This document shows, piece by piece, positions 1 through 12,699 of a stretch of DNA of 64,000 nt. The translations under genes and the position numbers were made by a program. This DNA comes from Octopus sinensis. Taxonomy: Eukaryota. The notes under the pieces were generated by a model. That model made no database searches and was not told the origin of the DNA. It saw only the letters and a program-made list of their open reading frames with translations. Location of the stretch: NCBI RefSeq assembly GCF_006345805.1, contig NC_042998.1, forward strand, positions 74,958,001 to 75,022,000. Direction: 5' to 3'. How positions within the stretch are numbered: position 1 is the first letter of the stretch; the number at the start of each line of letters is the position of its first letter.

Positions 1-206
1 ACGCAGATTTCTTACCCTTTCTCTGATGGAAAGTAGATAAGGTTTTTCTTTTCTAGTTTTGTCAATGTCTTATACTGTACTTTGGTTAAGTTTGGTATTA
101 TTTTTGATTCCTTCATTAAGATGTTGGAGATAGACTGTTTCAGTCTGGATAGTTTGTAGTTGAGTTCTCTGTTGGTTGGGAGTGGATGGAGTGGGTATCT
201 AGTTGC
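1..206 (-). mobile_element. Penelope-like element fragment (region just upstream of RT), cut by the window edge
   Basis: Minus-strand translation ...NLTKVQYKTLTKLEKKNLIYFPSEKG*EICV resembles the NL(T/S)xxExxAL...IxxxPADKG motif preceding PLE RTs. Confidence 0.5.
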
Positions 207-1450
207 TACGTGTGTTGTTGTTCTTCTTTATTACTATATTGGAATTTCTCATAATACATATTCTGATAACAAAATATGTTTTCTTATTTCATATCCTTTA
301 TTTTTCAAAATATAATTTTCTTGCTGTCTATGTAAATAGTTTTCTATAACGAAAGCTTGTTTCATTACAGTCGAGAAAAAGATTAAAAGAATTTCGCTAT
401 GTTTGATGAAATTTATAACTCGTCATCACTAACGAATTTCAATCATTAGCAAGGTATGTATATTTACTATTTCGTAAATGTAGATGTTTTGGATTTGTTG
501 TTTTTTTTTCATATCGACAGAAACTTAGTTTTTGATTTCTTGTCACAATATTGTAAAGATTCGAATTCTTTGCTGAGAGGATTAAAACCACAAAGACATT
601 CAGCATAATAGTAATATTTATTATTACTGAAATTTATTACGTTTCAACAAAATAGGTATTCAACAAAATACCTATACATTCTGATGACAGAAAATAGTTT
701 GCGTGTTTTTAATATTTTAATTCCTTAAATTTCCAACTAAGATTTTGAGTTATTTTCTTATCGTGATTCTCTTTGTTGTTACCGCACAAATCACATGTTT
801 GAAATTTGATGAAATATAATATTTGATTAATGTTCAATGAAGCTCATATATAAGGGAAAGTTTCACGCGAGTAAAGAAGAATTTTTTCAGGTGTGCTTAT
901 GTTAATCTAGTTTTGGAAGAAATTTAATTTAAACTCCTACCTATGTTTTTTAAAGAGATTACATTCTTTTTAAAAATGTATCTGTAAGATTACTATTAGA
1001 ATTTAATCCGATTCCTTTACAAACGAACGCCTGTGACTAAAACTACTTCGTTACTGGTTTCTAAAATAATAAAACGCAATTTTTTTGAAAATGGAATTCG
1101 CATACAAGTTTTGAAGGAGTATTAAACTTCTGTTGTGATATAATTGTGTTAGTGACACAGCGCCAGGTTAAACGAACAGCAAGCACTGATGTCAGTAGAC
1201 AAAAGAAACTTCTCTATCTTTTAACTAGACAATTGTTTGTAATAAACCAACAATTTAGCTATTTAGCTATTTCGTAAACGGTAAACCATGATATTAGTTA
1301 TCTTCTGAAGTGAGACAGATTATTTCAAGAGGACTTGGCTCTATATTTCCACTGTGTTAATGTTCAAAATAATGGACAGTGATACATATATATATATATA
1401 TATATATAGCTAGCTAGCTAGCTAGCTGCCTAGATAGATAGATAGATACT

Positions 1451-1497
<47 letters not shown>

Positions 1498-1879
1498 GTA
1501 GATATATACATAGATACATGTGTGTTTGTATGTATTCGTGTATGTATGCATGCATGTATGTATATTACGTGTTACAGTACCAAATTTGTTTTGTTTTGAA
1601 TCGTTTCAACTGAGGAAGGTATTACGTAAAGGATGTATTTTATATGTTATGCAGACCTAAAACATACGTATTAAAGATTTCAAAATATCCGTATTTGGTC
1701 TGACTTCATTATTACAACTTGTGGCGTGGTATCTGTATATATACGTATATGTAATTTTTGGACTAGCACGGCTAGGGCCACCTCACGTCATCTGCAGTTG
1801 GGGTATATTTCCATTGGATCTACTTCAAAAATTCCTCAGTGATAGTTGAGATAATAATCCATTAAGGAAACAGAAGATA

Positions 1880-3101
1880 CGAGGGGCGTTCAATAAGTAA
1901 TGCCTCTGACCCACTTGCCCTTGGTTGATCTAGCTGAAATTTTGTGGTTTCTGATTTACAGGTGTTTGAAATGAGTCAAGTGGGAAATGGAGCCTGTTGA
2001 GTGTCGAGCAGTGATCCGGTTTTTGTATTTGAAATGACGCACACCACAGGAGACTTTTGATGAAATGAAAGTAACTTATGGTGATGATGCCCCATCATAT
2101 GACCTTGTAAAGCGCTGTCATCGTGAATTCAAATTTGGTCGGAACTCTGTGGAAACAGCTCCCAGATCTGGTCGCACCCCTTCTGCCATTGATGAGGCAT
2201 CTCTCCGTCAAGTTGAGGCTGCTATTTTGAAAGATCGACGCATAACTATTCGCCAAATAGCCCATGAGGTCAAGATTAGTACCGGGTCTGTTGAAACTAT
2301 CCTTTATGACCATTTGCATATGCAAAAGGTGTCTGCCAGATGGATTCCCAGGCTGCTCACACTTTTCCAGAAGCAAGAACGCGTCGAGTGCTCGAGTATG
2401 AATTTAGGGATGTGCCAAGAAGATGAGTCAAAAGGCTGATTACACAGGATGAGACCTGGGTCCATCACTATGATCCAGAGACCAAAGCCCAGTCAATGCA
2501 GTGGAAGCACCATGACTCACCTCCTCCAAAGAAGGCAAGGGTGCAGCCCTCCGCTGGCAAGGTCATGCTCACAGTCTTCTGGGACCAGGACGGAGTAGTG
2601 ATGACAGATTTCCTGGCAAAGGGTACCACAATTACAGGAGCCTATCATGTTTCACTTTTGAGGAAATTAAGAGAAGCTATCGAAACCAAGAGGCGGGGCA
2701 AGATCAGCAAAGGCATCCTCCTCCTGCAGGACAACGCTCCGGTCCACAACTCGCGTGTCGCCAGATCAGAAGCACAGGCATGCGGCTATGAACTCTTCCC
2801 CTATCCCCCTACTCTCCTGACCTTGCACCCTCCGATGTTCACCTCTTCCCAGTCATGAAGATGTTTTTGAAAGGAAAACGTTTCCCAGATGATGCAGCCT
2901 TGATTTCTGAAGTCACGTCGTGGTTGGAGGACCAAACTGGGGTCTTCTACGAAAACGGTCTCCAGAGCTGCATCAAACGATGGGAGAAATGCGTAACTCT
3001 GAGTGCTTCTTATATAGAAAACGGCTAATAACTGTGCCAAGTTTCGTTGCTCTACTGCTATGGGAAGTGGATCAGGGGCATTACTTATTGAACGCCCCTC
3101 G
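1880..3101 (+). mobile_element. Near full-length mariner (Tc1/mariner) DNA transposon, 1222 bp
   Basis: 37-bp TIRs CGAGGGGCGTTCAATAAGTAATGCC(T/C)CTGA(C/T)CCACTT with 2 mismatches; TA at 1878-1879 and 3102-3103; internal transposase. Confidence 0.95.
1987..3028 (+). pseudogene. Mariner DD34D transposase pseudogene (early stop plus frameshifts)
   Basis: MEPVECRAVIRFLYLK*RTP..., WIPRLL linker, TQDETW, QDNA, YSPDLAPSD. D-D spacing is 34 after repairing a 1-nt deletion. ORFs 2065-2439 and 2496-2858 are pieces of it. Confidence 0.9.
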
Positions 3102-3473
3102 TATATTTAGTATTAGTCTTTATTCCGTAGAACTCATCCTGCGACTGTTTTTATGGGTAGGATGATGTACATCATATTATGTTACATCTATTTTGCAGTC
3201 TGGGTCACGTCAGTTACAGGGAGGCATGTTGATATTTGCCCGCTTCATTAGGGAATGGTACTCTACTACGGTTGTCCTTCCAGATAGGTGTCATGTTGGA
3301 GACTATGTGGCGTGTCCTTTATCAATAGCACGCTGGGTTGACGGTTTGTTCATCAGTCACTGATGACCGGATACATTCGTACATATACAAGACAAGTATA
3401 TGTAGAAACATGTGAACACACTCATAGTAGCATATTTAACTATATACGTACATCAATGTATATATATATATAA

Positions 3474-3640
3474 TTGTGTCTGGGGAGAGTCATTCTGTTT
3501 TATTGTCTTACTAATTAACCCACTCACCGGTTCGGTTCCCACTCATTTACTTATTTATTTTCTATAAAATTTTCATTCATTCTTGAAAACTCTTCAATTG
3601 TCGTTGACTCTGTCCGTTATCGGAGCCGCCTTCTTTTTAT
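3474..3640. mobile_element. Left half of the MITE family seen complete at 10127-10405
   Basis: TTGTGTCTGGGGAGAGTCAT...CACTCACCGGTTCG matches the TIR at 10127-10196. Confidence 0.55.
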
Positions 3641-3901
3641 TTGTTTACTTTTGCGCATGTGTGTGCGTCAGTGTGCAGGTATATACACACATGTATGCAT
3701 GTATGTGTGTGTTTGTATGTGTGTATGTATGCGTGTGTGTATGCATATATATATGCATGTATGCATGTATGTACGTTTGTACATATGTATTCTGCATATT
3801 CGTGTTTGTGTGCATATTTGAGAGTGTTTATGCGTATTGGTTTGTGTGACTATGCACGAGCATTTATTATGTATTGATGTGTGTCTCCCTAGGTGTCCTT
3901 A

Positions 3902-3932
<31 letters not shown>

Positions 3933-4011
3933 TGTGTGTGTGTTTGCTTGTCTGCCAGTATTACATATGCACCTGAAATCTGCTTATCTGTCAGTTTACA
4001 TATATATATAT

Positions 4012-4068
<57 letters not shown>

Positions 4069-4069
4069 G

Positions 4070-4905
4070 TACTAGCTGACGTATCCGGTAGCGCCCAGGA
4101 AAGCGGGGCTTATCTCTTGGTTCCGTTCTCATAATTGTTTCACTAATCCAATAACAACAATACAAAGTATGTAGCCCTTAAAACAGTTTTTGTGCATTTA
4201 CAGAGGACAGCAAACTGTCTTACACAGGATCTTGTTTTTAGGAATTACCAATAATTTATGAATACCCAAATTGTGAAGTCAGTTATGTAATAACATGAAT
4301 TTCGTTACCAGATAGTAAGAATTCAAATAAAGTAGCCCCGAAAAGTGCTTTAACGCGTTCTCAGAGCATATAGAAGTATATAGAAATACTAATAATATAT
4401 CTATACTAAATCGTGTAGCATGTTACGTAATAACAGGCTAATCAGATATGAGATAATAACATTTCTAAGTAAATAAAACTGAAAATGTCTTTTGTGCGTT
4501 CCCAGAGAGTATTACCTTCAGCGGCGCTAATGTTAGTATATTTGTGAATAAGTCGCTAACCGAAATAAGTGGCTGTATTGTTTAGGAAAATCCTATTTAC
4601 TTGTTTAAGGGTTGTACTGGATAACTTGCGAAAATAACTCTAACAGTTCAAATAGATAGAAATAAACATACTCAATCTGATTTATAGCAAATGATTTAGG
4701 AAAATGAATGGGTTATTACCCTAAGCTGTTAAAATTTGGGTGAATGGGTTATTTCCTTTGGCTGTTAAAATGAAATATATTAGATATATATGGAACCTTC
4801 CAGCGGCCCTGTTATCGACTTTTTCAACAATCTGAGTACGCCATGAGGTTTCAAGACATGCGTTCTACTCACGTGTCAAGTTTCATCAACAGAATTTCCC
4901 ACATA
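4070..4905 (+). mobile_element. Possible non-autonomous Helitron/Helentron-like insertion between two (TA)n tracts
   Basis: Starts TACTAGCTGAC..CCGG..GCGCCC..GCGGGG and has a subterminal GAACCTTCC...CAAGTTTCATCAA block reminiscent of such elements; no coding evidence. Confidence 0.3.
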
Positions 4906-4907
4906 TG

Positions 4908-4964
<57 letters not shown>

Positions 4965-6629
4965 TGTTGATATTTACTATTAAAAAAAAACAACCATCAT
5001 AATAAATATGTAAACTATGGATTACATTTATAAAATTCTGATTCTATATGTTTTCTTATAAGGATGTAGTTGACTAGAGATTATCGCATTGATAAATGGT
5101 ATTCCTTAAAATTTAGACCGATCTCTAATCAATCTACGGTATCTAATTTAGCTTTGAAAGTTATTGTCGTTCATTATAGCTATCATAAAAACTAGTAAAA
5201 TTTTCCAAAGCTTTTTAGTAACATGCGACAATAATTATGCATATAAAGACTAAGATTAGTTGAAATTTACCTAGTAACACGTCATACGAATATTCAAAAT
5301 ATAATTTCATATTTTGCAGCATAAAATGAGACACTAATACATTTGGCACTCATAGACCGGTATCTTGAAAGGAATACTATATGCCAGGTGCTTTTAATTC
5401 AAGTTTCATTGCGTTGCTTAATTAGATTCTTATTTATTCTTTGATTTACAGAAATTATTTTCATGAAATATTGTCCTGAAAATTTCTTTAGCGCGATCAT
5501 TAAATAATTGCACTCTATTCAGTTAACTTTCGATCATCGACTTATTAACTGTATACTATATTCAGCCTACTATCAACTTACTATCATCCGTTAATTTACT
5601 TTCACCATTGGGAAAAGAGTGATTTATTACATCCTTGCGAAATGAGATGTAATGAATGGTACACATAAGTTATTTTCTAAGTGGTTTTCCAGAGAATCGC
5701 TCTTTGTAGTTATACATGTATCTACGGCGTTTTCATACTTAGAGCATCTTAATGTGCTTTCTTTGAAACCAAAGATATTTTTAACTTCCTCAAGAAAATA
5801 TGCTCTAGTAGTGAAAAATAGATATATTGTTTTATTACACATGATTGAGATGCAATTTAGAAACTGCCAAAGGGAACTTTTCGTAAAAATACACTAAGAC
5901 GACTTACGTACGTCTCAGCGAATATTGTTCTGTTTTTGTCTTTAGTGTACTCGAACCTATTCAGAAAATAATTAATAGTGGTGACTTTTCTTTCACGAAA
6001 GCTACACAGATTGACAGAAAAGATTATATTACAATTGGTTTCGTGGAAATCAAAGAGTATTAGAAAAGCTCACTAGAGTCTACATCTTCGGAAGTTGTTT
6101 GTAAGGCAATTTATGTCAGAAGAAGTGTATATTTATAATTATAGGGCATGATAATATTTATATGAATATAAATCCATAGACGTATTCTTTTCAATCTGTA
6201 TCTCTAAATTTTAAAAGAGGATAGTTATTGATAAACTGGTTTTTACACATATACACGCGCGAACACACAAGACACACAAACACACACACACACACATATA
6301 CGTTAAATATTTAAGTGAATCAGCTTCTTCAATAGTAAAGCACCAGGGTCGGATCAGTGAAATTGCTATGGCGTAGAAAACTAAATTTGAGGAACATGTA
6401 CGTACATACCGAAGTAAAGACGGATTTATATTCCAGTTACATGTACAATCACAAAAGGTTGACTGAATATATCACGAGTCTCAAGGCTGCACATGGGTAT
6501 AAACACTGCACCAATTGTACTGAACTCAATAGACTCCAGATCCACGCTAATTGCAGATTCCGAGTAAGGTGAATATTAAACAAATAACAAGATGGATTAT
6601 GATTCAACCACTACAGCTATTTTTCGTAT

Positions 6630-7150
6630 TACAGCTTTCAGCGTGAATGCCGAGCAGTACAGCACGTCGTTTCTAAATTTCTAGCAGAGTGGCTGTGTGG
6701 CTGTGTGGTAAGTAGCTTGCTTACCAACCACATGGTTCCGGGTTCAGTCCCACTGCGTGGCACCTTGGGCAAGTGTCTTCTACTATAGCCTCGGGCCGAC
6801 CAAGGCCTTGTGAGTGGATTTGGTAGACGGAAACTGAAAGAAGCCCGTCGTATATATGTATATATGTGTGTGTTTGTGTGTTTGTGTTTGTCCCCCTAGC
6901 ATTGCTTGACAACCGATGCTGGTGTGTTTATGTCCCCGTCACTTAGCGGTTCGGCAAAAGAGACCGATAGAATAAGTACTGGGCTTACAAAGAATAAGTC
7001 CCGGGGTCGAGTTGCTCGACTAAAGGCGCTGCTCCAGCATGGCCGCAGTCAAATGACTGAAACAAGTAAAAGAAGAAAAAAAGAAGAAGAGTGAGTTGCG
7101 TTATGGTGCTGTGTTTCTCGCAGACAATGCCCAGCTGACCATACTATATG
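6630..7150 (-). mobile_element. 5' fragment of a maT-like (DD37D-type) transposon, split by a SINE
   Basis: 6630-6691 joined to 7088-7150 is the reverse complement of 7530-7670 (N-terminus ...EI*KRRAVLLGIHAES). Confidence 0.6.
6686..7087 (+). mobile_element. tRNA-head SINE family A with internal (TA/TG) microsatellite
   Basis: A-box-like TGGCTGTGTGGTAAG, B-box GGTTCAGTCCC, body GGCACCTTGGGCAAGTG, A-rich tail; AGAGTG at both ends; near-identical to 44905-45340. Confidence 0.9.
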
Positions 7151-7437
7151 TGTTTTTATTGAACAAAACCGTTTTCATAAGGTGAATACATGTACAATTT
7201 AAACATTTCAAAACATTTTAAAATCCAAGTCGGTGTCATTTCATGACACTGGCGAACAACGGTCAGTGAGTGATTGAATTTCTCTAGCTTATAGTTTATA
7301 AAGGAGAGGCTTTTAAATGACTAGAATGGGGAGGGTAGCGAAAAGTGGTTGTAGTGGGGGGATGAATAGGGAAAAGGGGATGAAAATTTAATATCACACT
7401 CTAGACCATAGCATGATAAGGTTATATTACATATATG

Positions 7438-7858
7438 CAGGCTGCAAAGAGTAAATTGTCGCCATTTTATATATAAATTGTCGCCACTTTATATATAATT
7501 GTCGTGCATGCACTTTGTTTTTCATTTTGTTTATTACACAGTATAGTTGAGTCTGTTGGGCATCGTCTGTGAGAAAACAGCACCATGGCGCATTTCACTC
7601 TGCCAGAAATTTGGAAACGACATGCTGTACCGCTTGGCATTCGCACTGAAATCTCCAATACTTAAAAAGGAGAACACCCAGAAGTGTTGCAGGATATTCC
7701 GAAGTCGTCTGGACTGGAGGCCGTGATCGATGCCAAAGGCGATTGTATTGAATACATTTACTCTTTAGTATTTCAAGATGTTTTATGGAATTTTGATGAA
7801 TATATCTGCTAAAGTGAGATATCAGTCTTATTTTCATTTGAAGTTTTAAATGCGGCGA
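7438..7858 (+). mobile_element. Internally deleted maT-like Tc1/mariner derivative
   Basis: ATG at 7585 gives MAHFTLPEIWKRHAV, fused to C-terminal-like QKCCRIFRSRL..EAVIDAKGDCIE; left end CAGGCTGC..AAATTGTCGCC, right end truncated at GGCGA; 22-bp tandem duplication near 7453-7500. Family assignment is from memory of similar transposases. Confidence 0.6.
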
Positions 7859-8037
7859 AGGCATCTTTGGTGGAATCATTCTAACAATTTGAAATGTCCT
7901 TCATAATACGTCCATGCCCCAGAAGAATACTATAGAGATGGTAAGACAAACGATTTGTAAAGAGCCAATTTTGTGTTGTTAGTTATGTGTCGTTGGCGTG
8001 AAACGCGTGACTCTAAACCACCAAATGCTTGTGCTGT

Positions 8038-9290
8038 TCATTGAATTCGCAGATGTATTTCTGTATCCAGATTTCCATCAATGTATACAGAGCTTCCAAG
8101 GTAGTTGAAAGAGTCAACAACCTCAAGTAACTTACCCTTAACGAAAATTTTTGGGAGCAACTGTTTATATTTCAAGTTGATTGTCAAACCCAAATCATCA
8201 CAAGCTGAGTGAAATGCAGATACAAAAGATTGCAGGCCCCTTTCAGAGTGACTGATTAGATCGCAATCGTAAGCGTATAAGAGTTCCCCAATGAGTGAAA
8301 TAAAAACCACTGTTTTAGATTTCAGTCTCGACAGATTAATAACATTCCCTATTTTTCGATATTTTATGTAAATACACTCCTCAGAGTTTTGAAGAGCGTG
8401 TGATAGCACAGCAGCAAAGTATATTGCAAAAAGGGTTTGTGCATCAACTTTTTGCTTTACTCCATTTTCCACGGTAAAAGATTCAGAGAGCATACCACCA
8501 AAATTAACTCTAGCCTTCATATCTTGTTGCAAGCTCTGATCATGTTTACAAATTTTTCTGTGTAACCTATTTTCCTTACAATTAGCCATAAAGCATTTCG
8601 AATGTTTTGCTTAAACCAACAGAGTAATGGTATAGGGCAAGATTCTGTTCAATGCACTTTTCCTGAAATTGTCTAATAGTAAAGATACAATCAACTGTGC
8701 CACTGGAGGAGCAGAAACCATATTGAGACGCAGACATTATATTTGGAACTATGAAGGTATTTAAACTTTCTAACAGAATGCAGGCAAGTACCTTTCCAAC
8801 TACTGACAAAATTAAATCCCACGAAAATTACCACACAAATACTTTGGCTCTGATTTATACAAGGAGACTAAAATGGCATCAATCCAGTCTTGAGTCACTC
8901 CCTCAGTTCTCCAGTTGTGACAAATTAATACATTTAAAAGTTCAAACATCTGGACAACCTCATATTTTAAGACATATGCACAAATTCCATCAGACCCTGG
9001 AGACTTGCTGTTATTCAGTTTATTATTCACAGCTAAGTATATGTCATTTAGTGTTGGTTCAAATACTATCTCCGCTATATCTGCGAGGTGTTCGATTTTT
9101 TCTATCCTCCTCATGTCGACCGATGATGGTCTATTCAAAAGGGCAAAAAAATCTCTACCCAGTACTTATGAATAGAAGCGCTGTCAGTTAAAAGCAAATG
9201 TCCATTAGCTGTTGTCACTGGAGCTATTGAAGAAGATTTTGGGCCATATACATCCTTAACATAAACCCTTGGCATCATTTCTATCACCTG
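8038..9290 (-). mobile_element. RTE-clade LINE, decayed reverse transcriptase fragment
   Basis: KSPGSDGI, DAILVSLYK, NFRGI, SVVGKVLACILL, QYGF...TVDCIFTIRQFQEKCIEQN, LTINLK, FNYLGS in ORFs 8812-9138, 8582-8809, 8038-8589. Confidence 0.85.
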
Positions 9291-9300
9291 CGCCTTGAAA

Positions 9301-9833
9301 CCCTGTTTCATCTACTCCGTTTTCCGATGGTAAGGAGAAGACGCGACTTCTTTGAAACAATCCTTCCCGCAAGGCAAATTAAATACGCGCACTCTTCTAT
9401 CTTTACTATCTCTTCTCTGTCTATCTCTCTCCATCTCTTCCCTTCATCCTTTCTGGTTTTCTCTTCCATCTTTCCCTATTCTTCTCTCCTCTTCACCGTT
9501 CCCTCCCTCTCACTCCTCCTCGACTCTCTCGTCGCTGACACGTGGCGAATGAGAATCTATCTTTCTGACTACTAACTTTGTAAAGACAACAACGTGCTTA
9601 TACTATCTCTTCATGAGCTCGTCCTCCTAGCGTTCAGAATTTCTCTATCGTCTTAGCTTAACAGTCCTCATTGTTTGGTTTTACTGTTCTGTTCTCACTC
9701 TCCTGTTCTTGTTACCACTTTTACCCTTTGCAAAAAATCAGAAATATTATTTAATTTGCTTTGCGGGAAGGATTGTTTCCACGGAGTTGCGTCTTGTCCT
9801 TACCTTCGAAAAAGTGGAGTAGATTAAACAGGG
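9301..9833. mobile_element. MITE-like element with about 85-bp imperfect TIRs
   Basis: CCCTGTTTCATCTACTCC...GCAAATTAAAT (9301-9385) is the inverse of ATTTAATTTGC...GGAGTAGATTAAACAGGG (about 9750-9833); no clear TSD. Confidence 0.7.
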
Positions 9834-9854
9834 ACGCTATATATATATATAGTT

Positions 9855-10053
9855 AAACCAAACATAAAAACACAAAGAGAAAACACAACAACGCGAGGTT
9901 GTGGAACAAATATAGTGTTATTAGACGCTCAGGAAACGAAAGAAGGAAAGAGGATTTAATGTTTCGAGCGGAGCACTTCGTCAGAAGCATAGAAAAAGGA
10001 AAAATCCAAGGAAGGGAAGACAGAGGAAAAAAATCGCCAACGATACACACGCG

Positions 10054-10056
<3 letters not shown>
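9855..10056 (-). mobile_element. Solo PLE pseudo-LTR-like repeat
   Basis: Same family as 12700-12850; contains a hammerhead motif; flanked by (TA)n. Confidence 0.65.
9954..9988 (-). ncRNA. Minimal type I hammerhead ribozyme motif (partly decayed)
   Basis: GCUU-CUGACGA-AGUGC UCC GCUC-GAAA-CAU-U-AAAU; core intact, stems I/II/III carry substitutions. Confidence 0.55.
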
Positions 10057-10085
<29 letters not shown>

Positions 10086-10126
10086 CATATTCATACAAAC
10101 ATACATATATATGTGTGTGTGCGTGT

Positions 10127-10405
10127 GTGTTGTGTCTGGGGAGTCTCATATTGTCTTAAGGCTTTATCATATAACGCACTCACCGGTTCCATTTCCGTTC
10201 GTCTATTATTTATAACTTTTCTTCCAGAATTGTCTCTGTTTTTGCAAACTTGTCAATGGATGTTGTCAATAGATGTCGACAAGGTTGCAAACGCAACGAA
10301 AATTTTGAAAGAAAAATTATAAATAATTAATGAGGGGAAATCGAACCGGTGAGTGTGTTCGATAATTAGGCATTAAGACAATATGGCTCTCCCCAGACAC
10401 AACAC
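10127..10405. mobile_element. MITE, 279 bp, about 70-bp imperfect TIRs
   Basis: GTGTTGTGTCTGGGGAG...CACTCACCGGTTCCATTTCC versus GGAAATCGAACCGGTGAGTG...CTCCCCAGACACAACAC. Confidence 0.75.
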
Positions 10406-10744
10406 AACTTTGCTTCAAAACACGAATTCATATGAAGATTGATGCAAACCAGATGCAAAAACGAAGTATACATATGTGTGTGTGTGTGTGTGTAATTACC
10501 TCTGTATTAAATACAGCTGTATCTAATTGATAAGTAACGACCAGTCTATTGAAACATCTAATACAATGATTTAGTTTGGTGATGTGTTTCTGGCCGACCA
10601 TAAAAAAATTGCTATATACATTTAAATAAGATCTTTTTTTGCAGTGAAGGCAATTGGAATTATTTCAAAAACTGTCATATCTAATCTAAGCAGTCAATAA
10701 AAGTTAGTCACTGATACAAGACATTATATATATGTACGTATATG

Positions 10745-10819
<75 letters not shown>

Positions 10820-11231
10820 ACATATATACACACATATATATATGTATATATGTGTATGTATATTCATATATATATGCACACATATATGCACATATATATA
10901 TATATATATATATACATATATGTATATATATATATACATATATACATATATATATATATACATATGCACATACATATATGTATATATCTTATATATATGT
11001 ATATATATATGCATATGGATATATGCATATATATATATATATAATTGAAATATATATAAATATAATGAAATGTTAGGTAGGTAGGTAGGTAAGTAGGTAG
11101 GTCGGTAGGCAGGCAGCTAAGTAAGTACATACAATCGTGTCTGTGTATGTATCTATGTGTGTCTCTATGTCTAGTGATTGCCAATAACTTTTGTAGCAGT
11201 ATATGGACTGTTAATATAGTAACGAAGCTAA

Positions 11232-11940
11232 AGTACGCAGATTGACTGACTTTGGACTCTGTTGTGCATACGCACTAAGTTTTAACATTCTATCTCCATT
11301 CTGCTCAGAGGCCTACGCTAAGTTGCCGAAAGTATATGGAGAGGAGCGTATGTACTGCACACAAGTGTACAGGAGGTTCAGACGTTTCCAAGATAGCCGA
11401 AAAATGTGGATAGAGCAGAACTGAGAAAAACATCGCAGATGTGTATGCAGCTGAGAGGAAGTCGTTGAATCAGCATCCGCGAATCATCTGGGGGTGTGCA
11501 GATTAGTTACGGTTCATTTCAGTCCATTATGACTGAAGATTTGGGTATGAGCCGCGTGTCTGCTAAGTTCGTGCCAAAGCTGCTTTGAGCTGACCAACAA
11601 GTCATTTAGGTTTCAGTTGCACAAGATCTCCTTGATTGTGTCGAGAACGATGAAAACTTTTTGAAAAATTGCATAGGCTTCTGAGCAGCTATCGCTAATC
11701 TTTTGACAAAATTTGCTGCACATTCTCTGCTCAACTTTCTCTGTCATGGTCAATGCGACAATCACCCGCTACATTCCTTCCTTCCAAGCACTGCTGTAAA
11801 CGGTGGAAGTGAGCTAGAATGTTAAAACTCAGTGTGCATGCAGGGCAGAGTTCAATATCACTCTGTGCCAACTGGCTTTACTCGCCGTTCTTTAGCTTTG
11901 TTACTATGGCAACAATACGGATAGTTGTTGATCAACCACG
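11232..11940 (+). mobile_element. Rearranged mariner derivative (N-terminal transposase fragment plus inverted copy of the 5' end)
   Basis: Frames give YAKLPKVYGEE and TEDLGMSRVSAKFVPKLL; TAGAATGTTAAAACTCAGTG near 11815-11835 is the inverse of about 11270-11290; ends ...GTTGATCAACCACG|TA. Confidence 0.6.
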
Positions 11941-12020
11941 TAGATATATATATGAATATAATATATATATATATTATATATAATATATTATATATATAAT
12001 ATACTATATATCATATAATA

Positions 12021-12053
<33 letters not shown>

Positions 12054-12107
12054 TAATATATATATATATATATGATATATTATAATCTATATATATGTAT
12101 ATATATA

Positions 12108-12150
<43 letters not shown>

Positions 12151-12426
12151 TATATATATACATGTAGCATATAGAAAACGAGGAAGGTTAAAAAGACGGA
12201 AAACGTAAATGGAAAACGAAAAGTTAAAATAAAATGTAAAATGTAAAAAATGTCAAATAGTTTTTTATGTTGTTACGTAAGGCCTTTTCCTTACCCTTGG
12301 ACAACGTTGGGTGTATATGGAGAGGGGAGGCTGGTCTTCCATAAACAATCAAGCCTGGATTTGTGCCTCGGAGAGTAACTTTCTTGGTACAGTCCCATGG
12401 TCATTCATGATCAAAGGAGGGGCCCT

Positions 12427-12427
12427 C

Positions 12428-12519
<92 letters not shown>

Positions 12520-12522
12520 TTG

Positions 12523-12562
<40 letters not shown>

Positions 12563-12571
12563 CCTATCTAC

Positions 12572-12603
<32 letters not shown>

Positions 12604-12625
12604 ATCTATATCTATCTATCTATAT
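12427..12625. repeat. (TATC)n tetranucleotide microsatellite
   Basis: Direct reading. Confidence 0.98.
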
Positions 12626-12699
12626 ATATATATATATATAATATATTATAGATATATATTATATATATATATATATATTATATATAATATATATATTAA

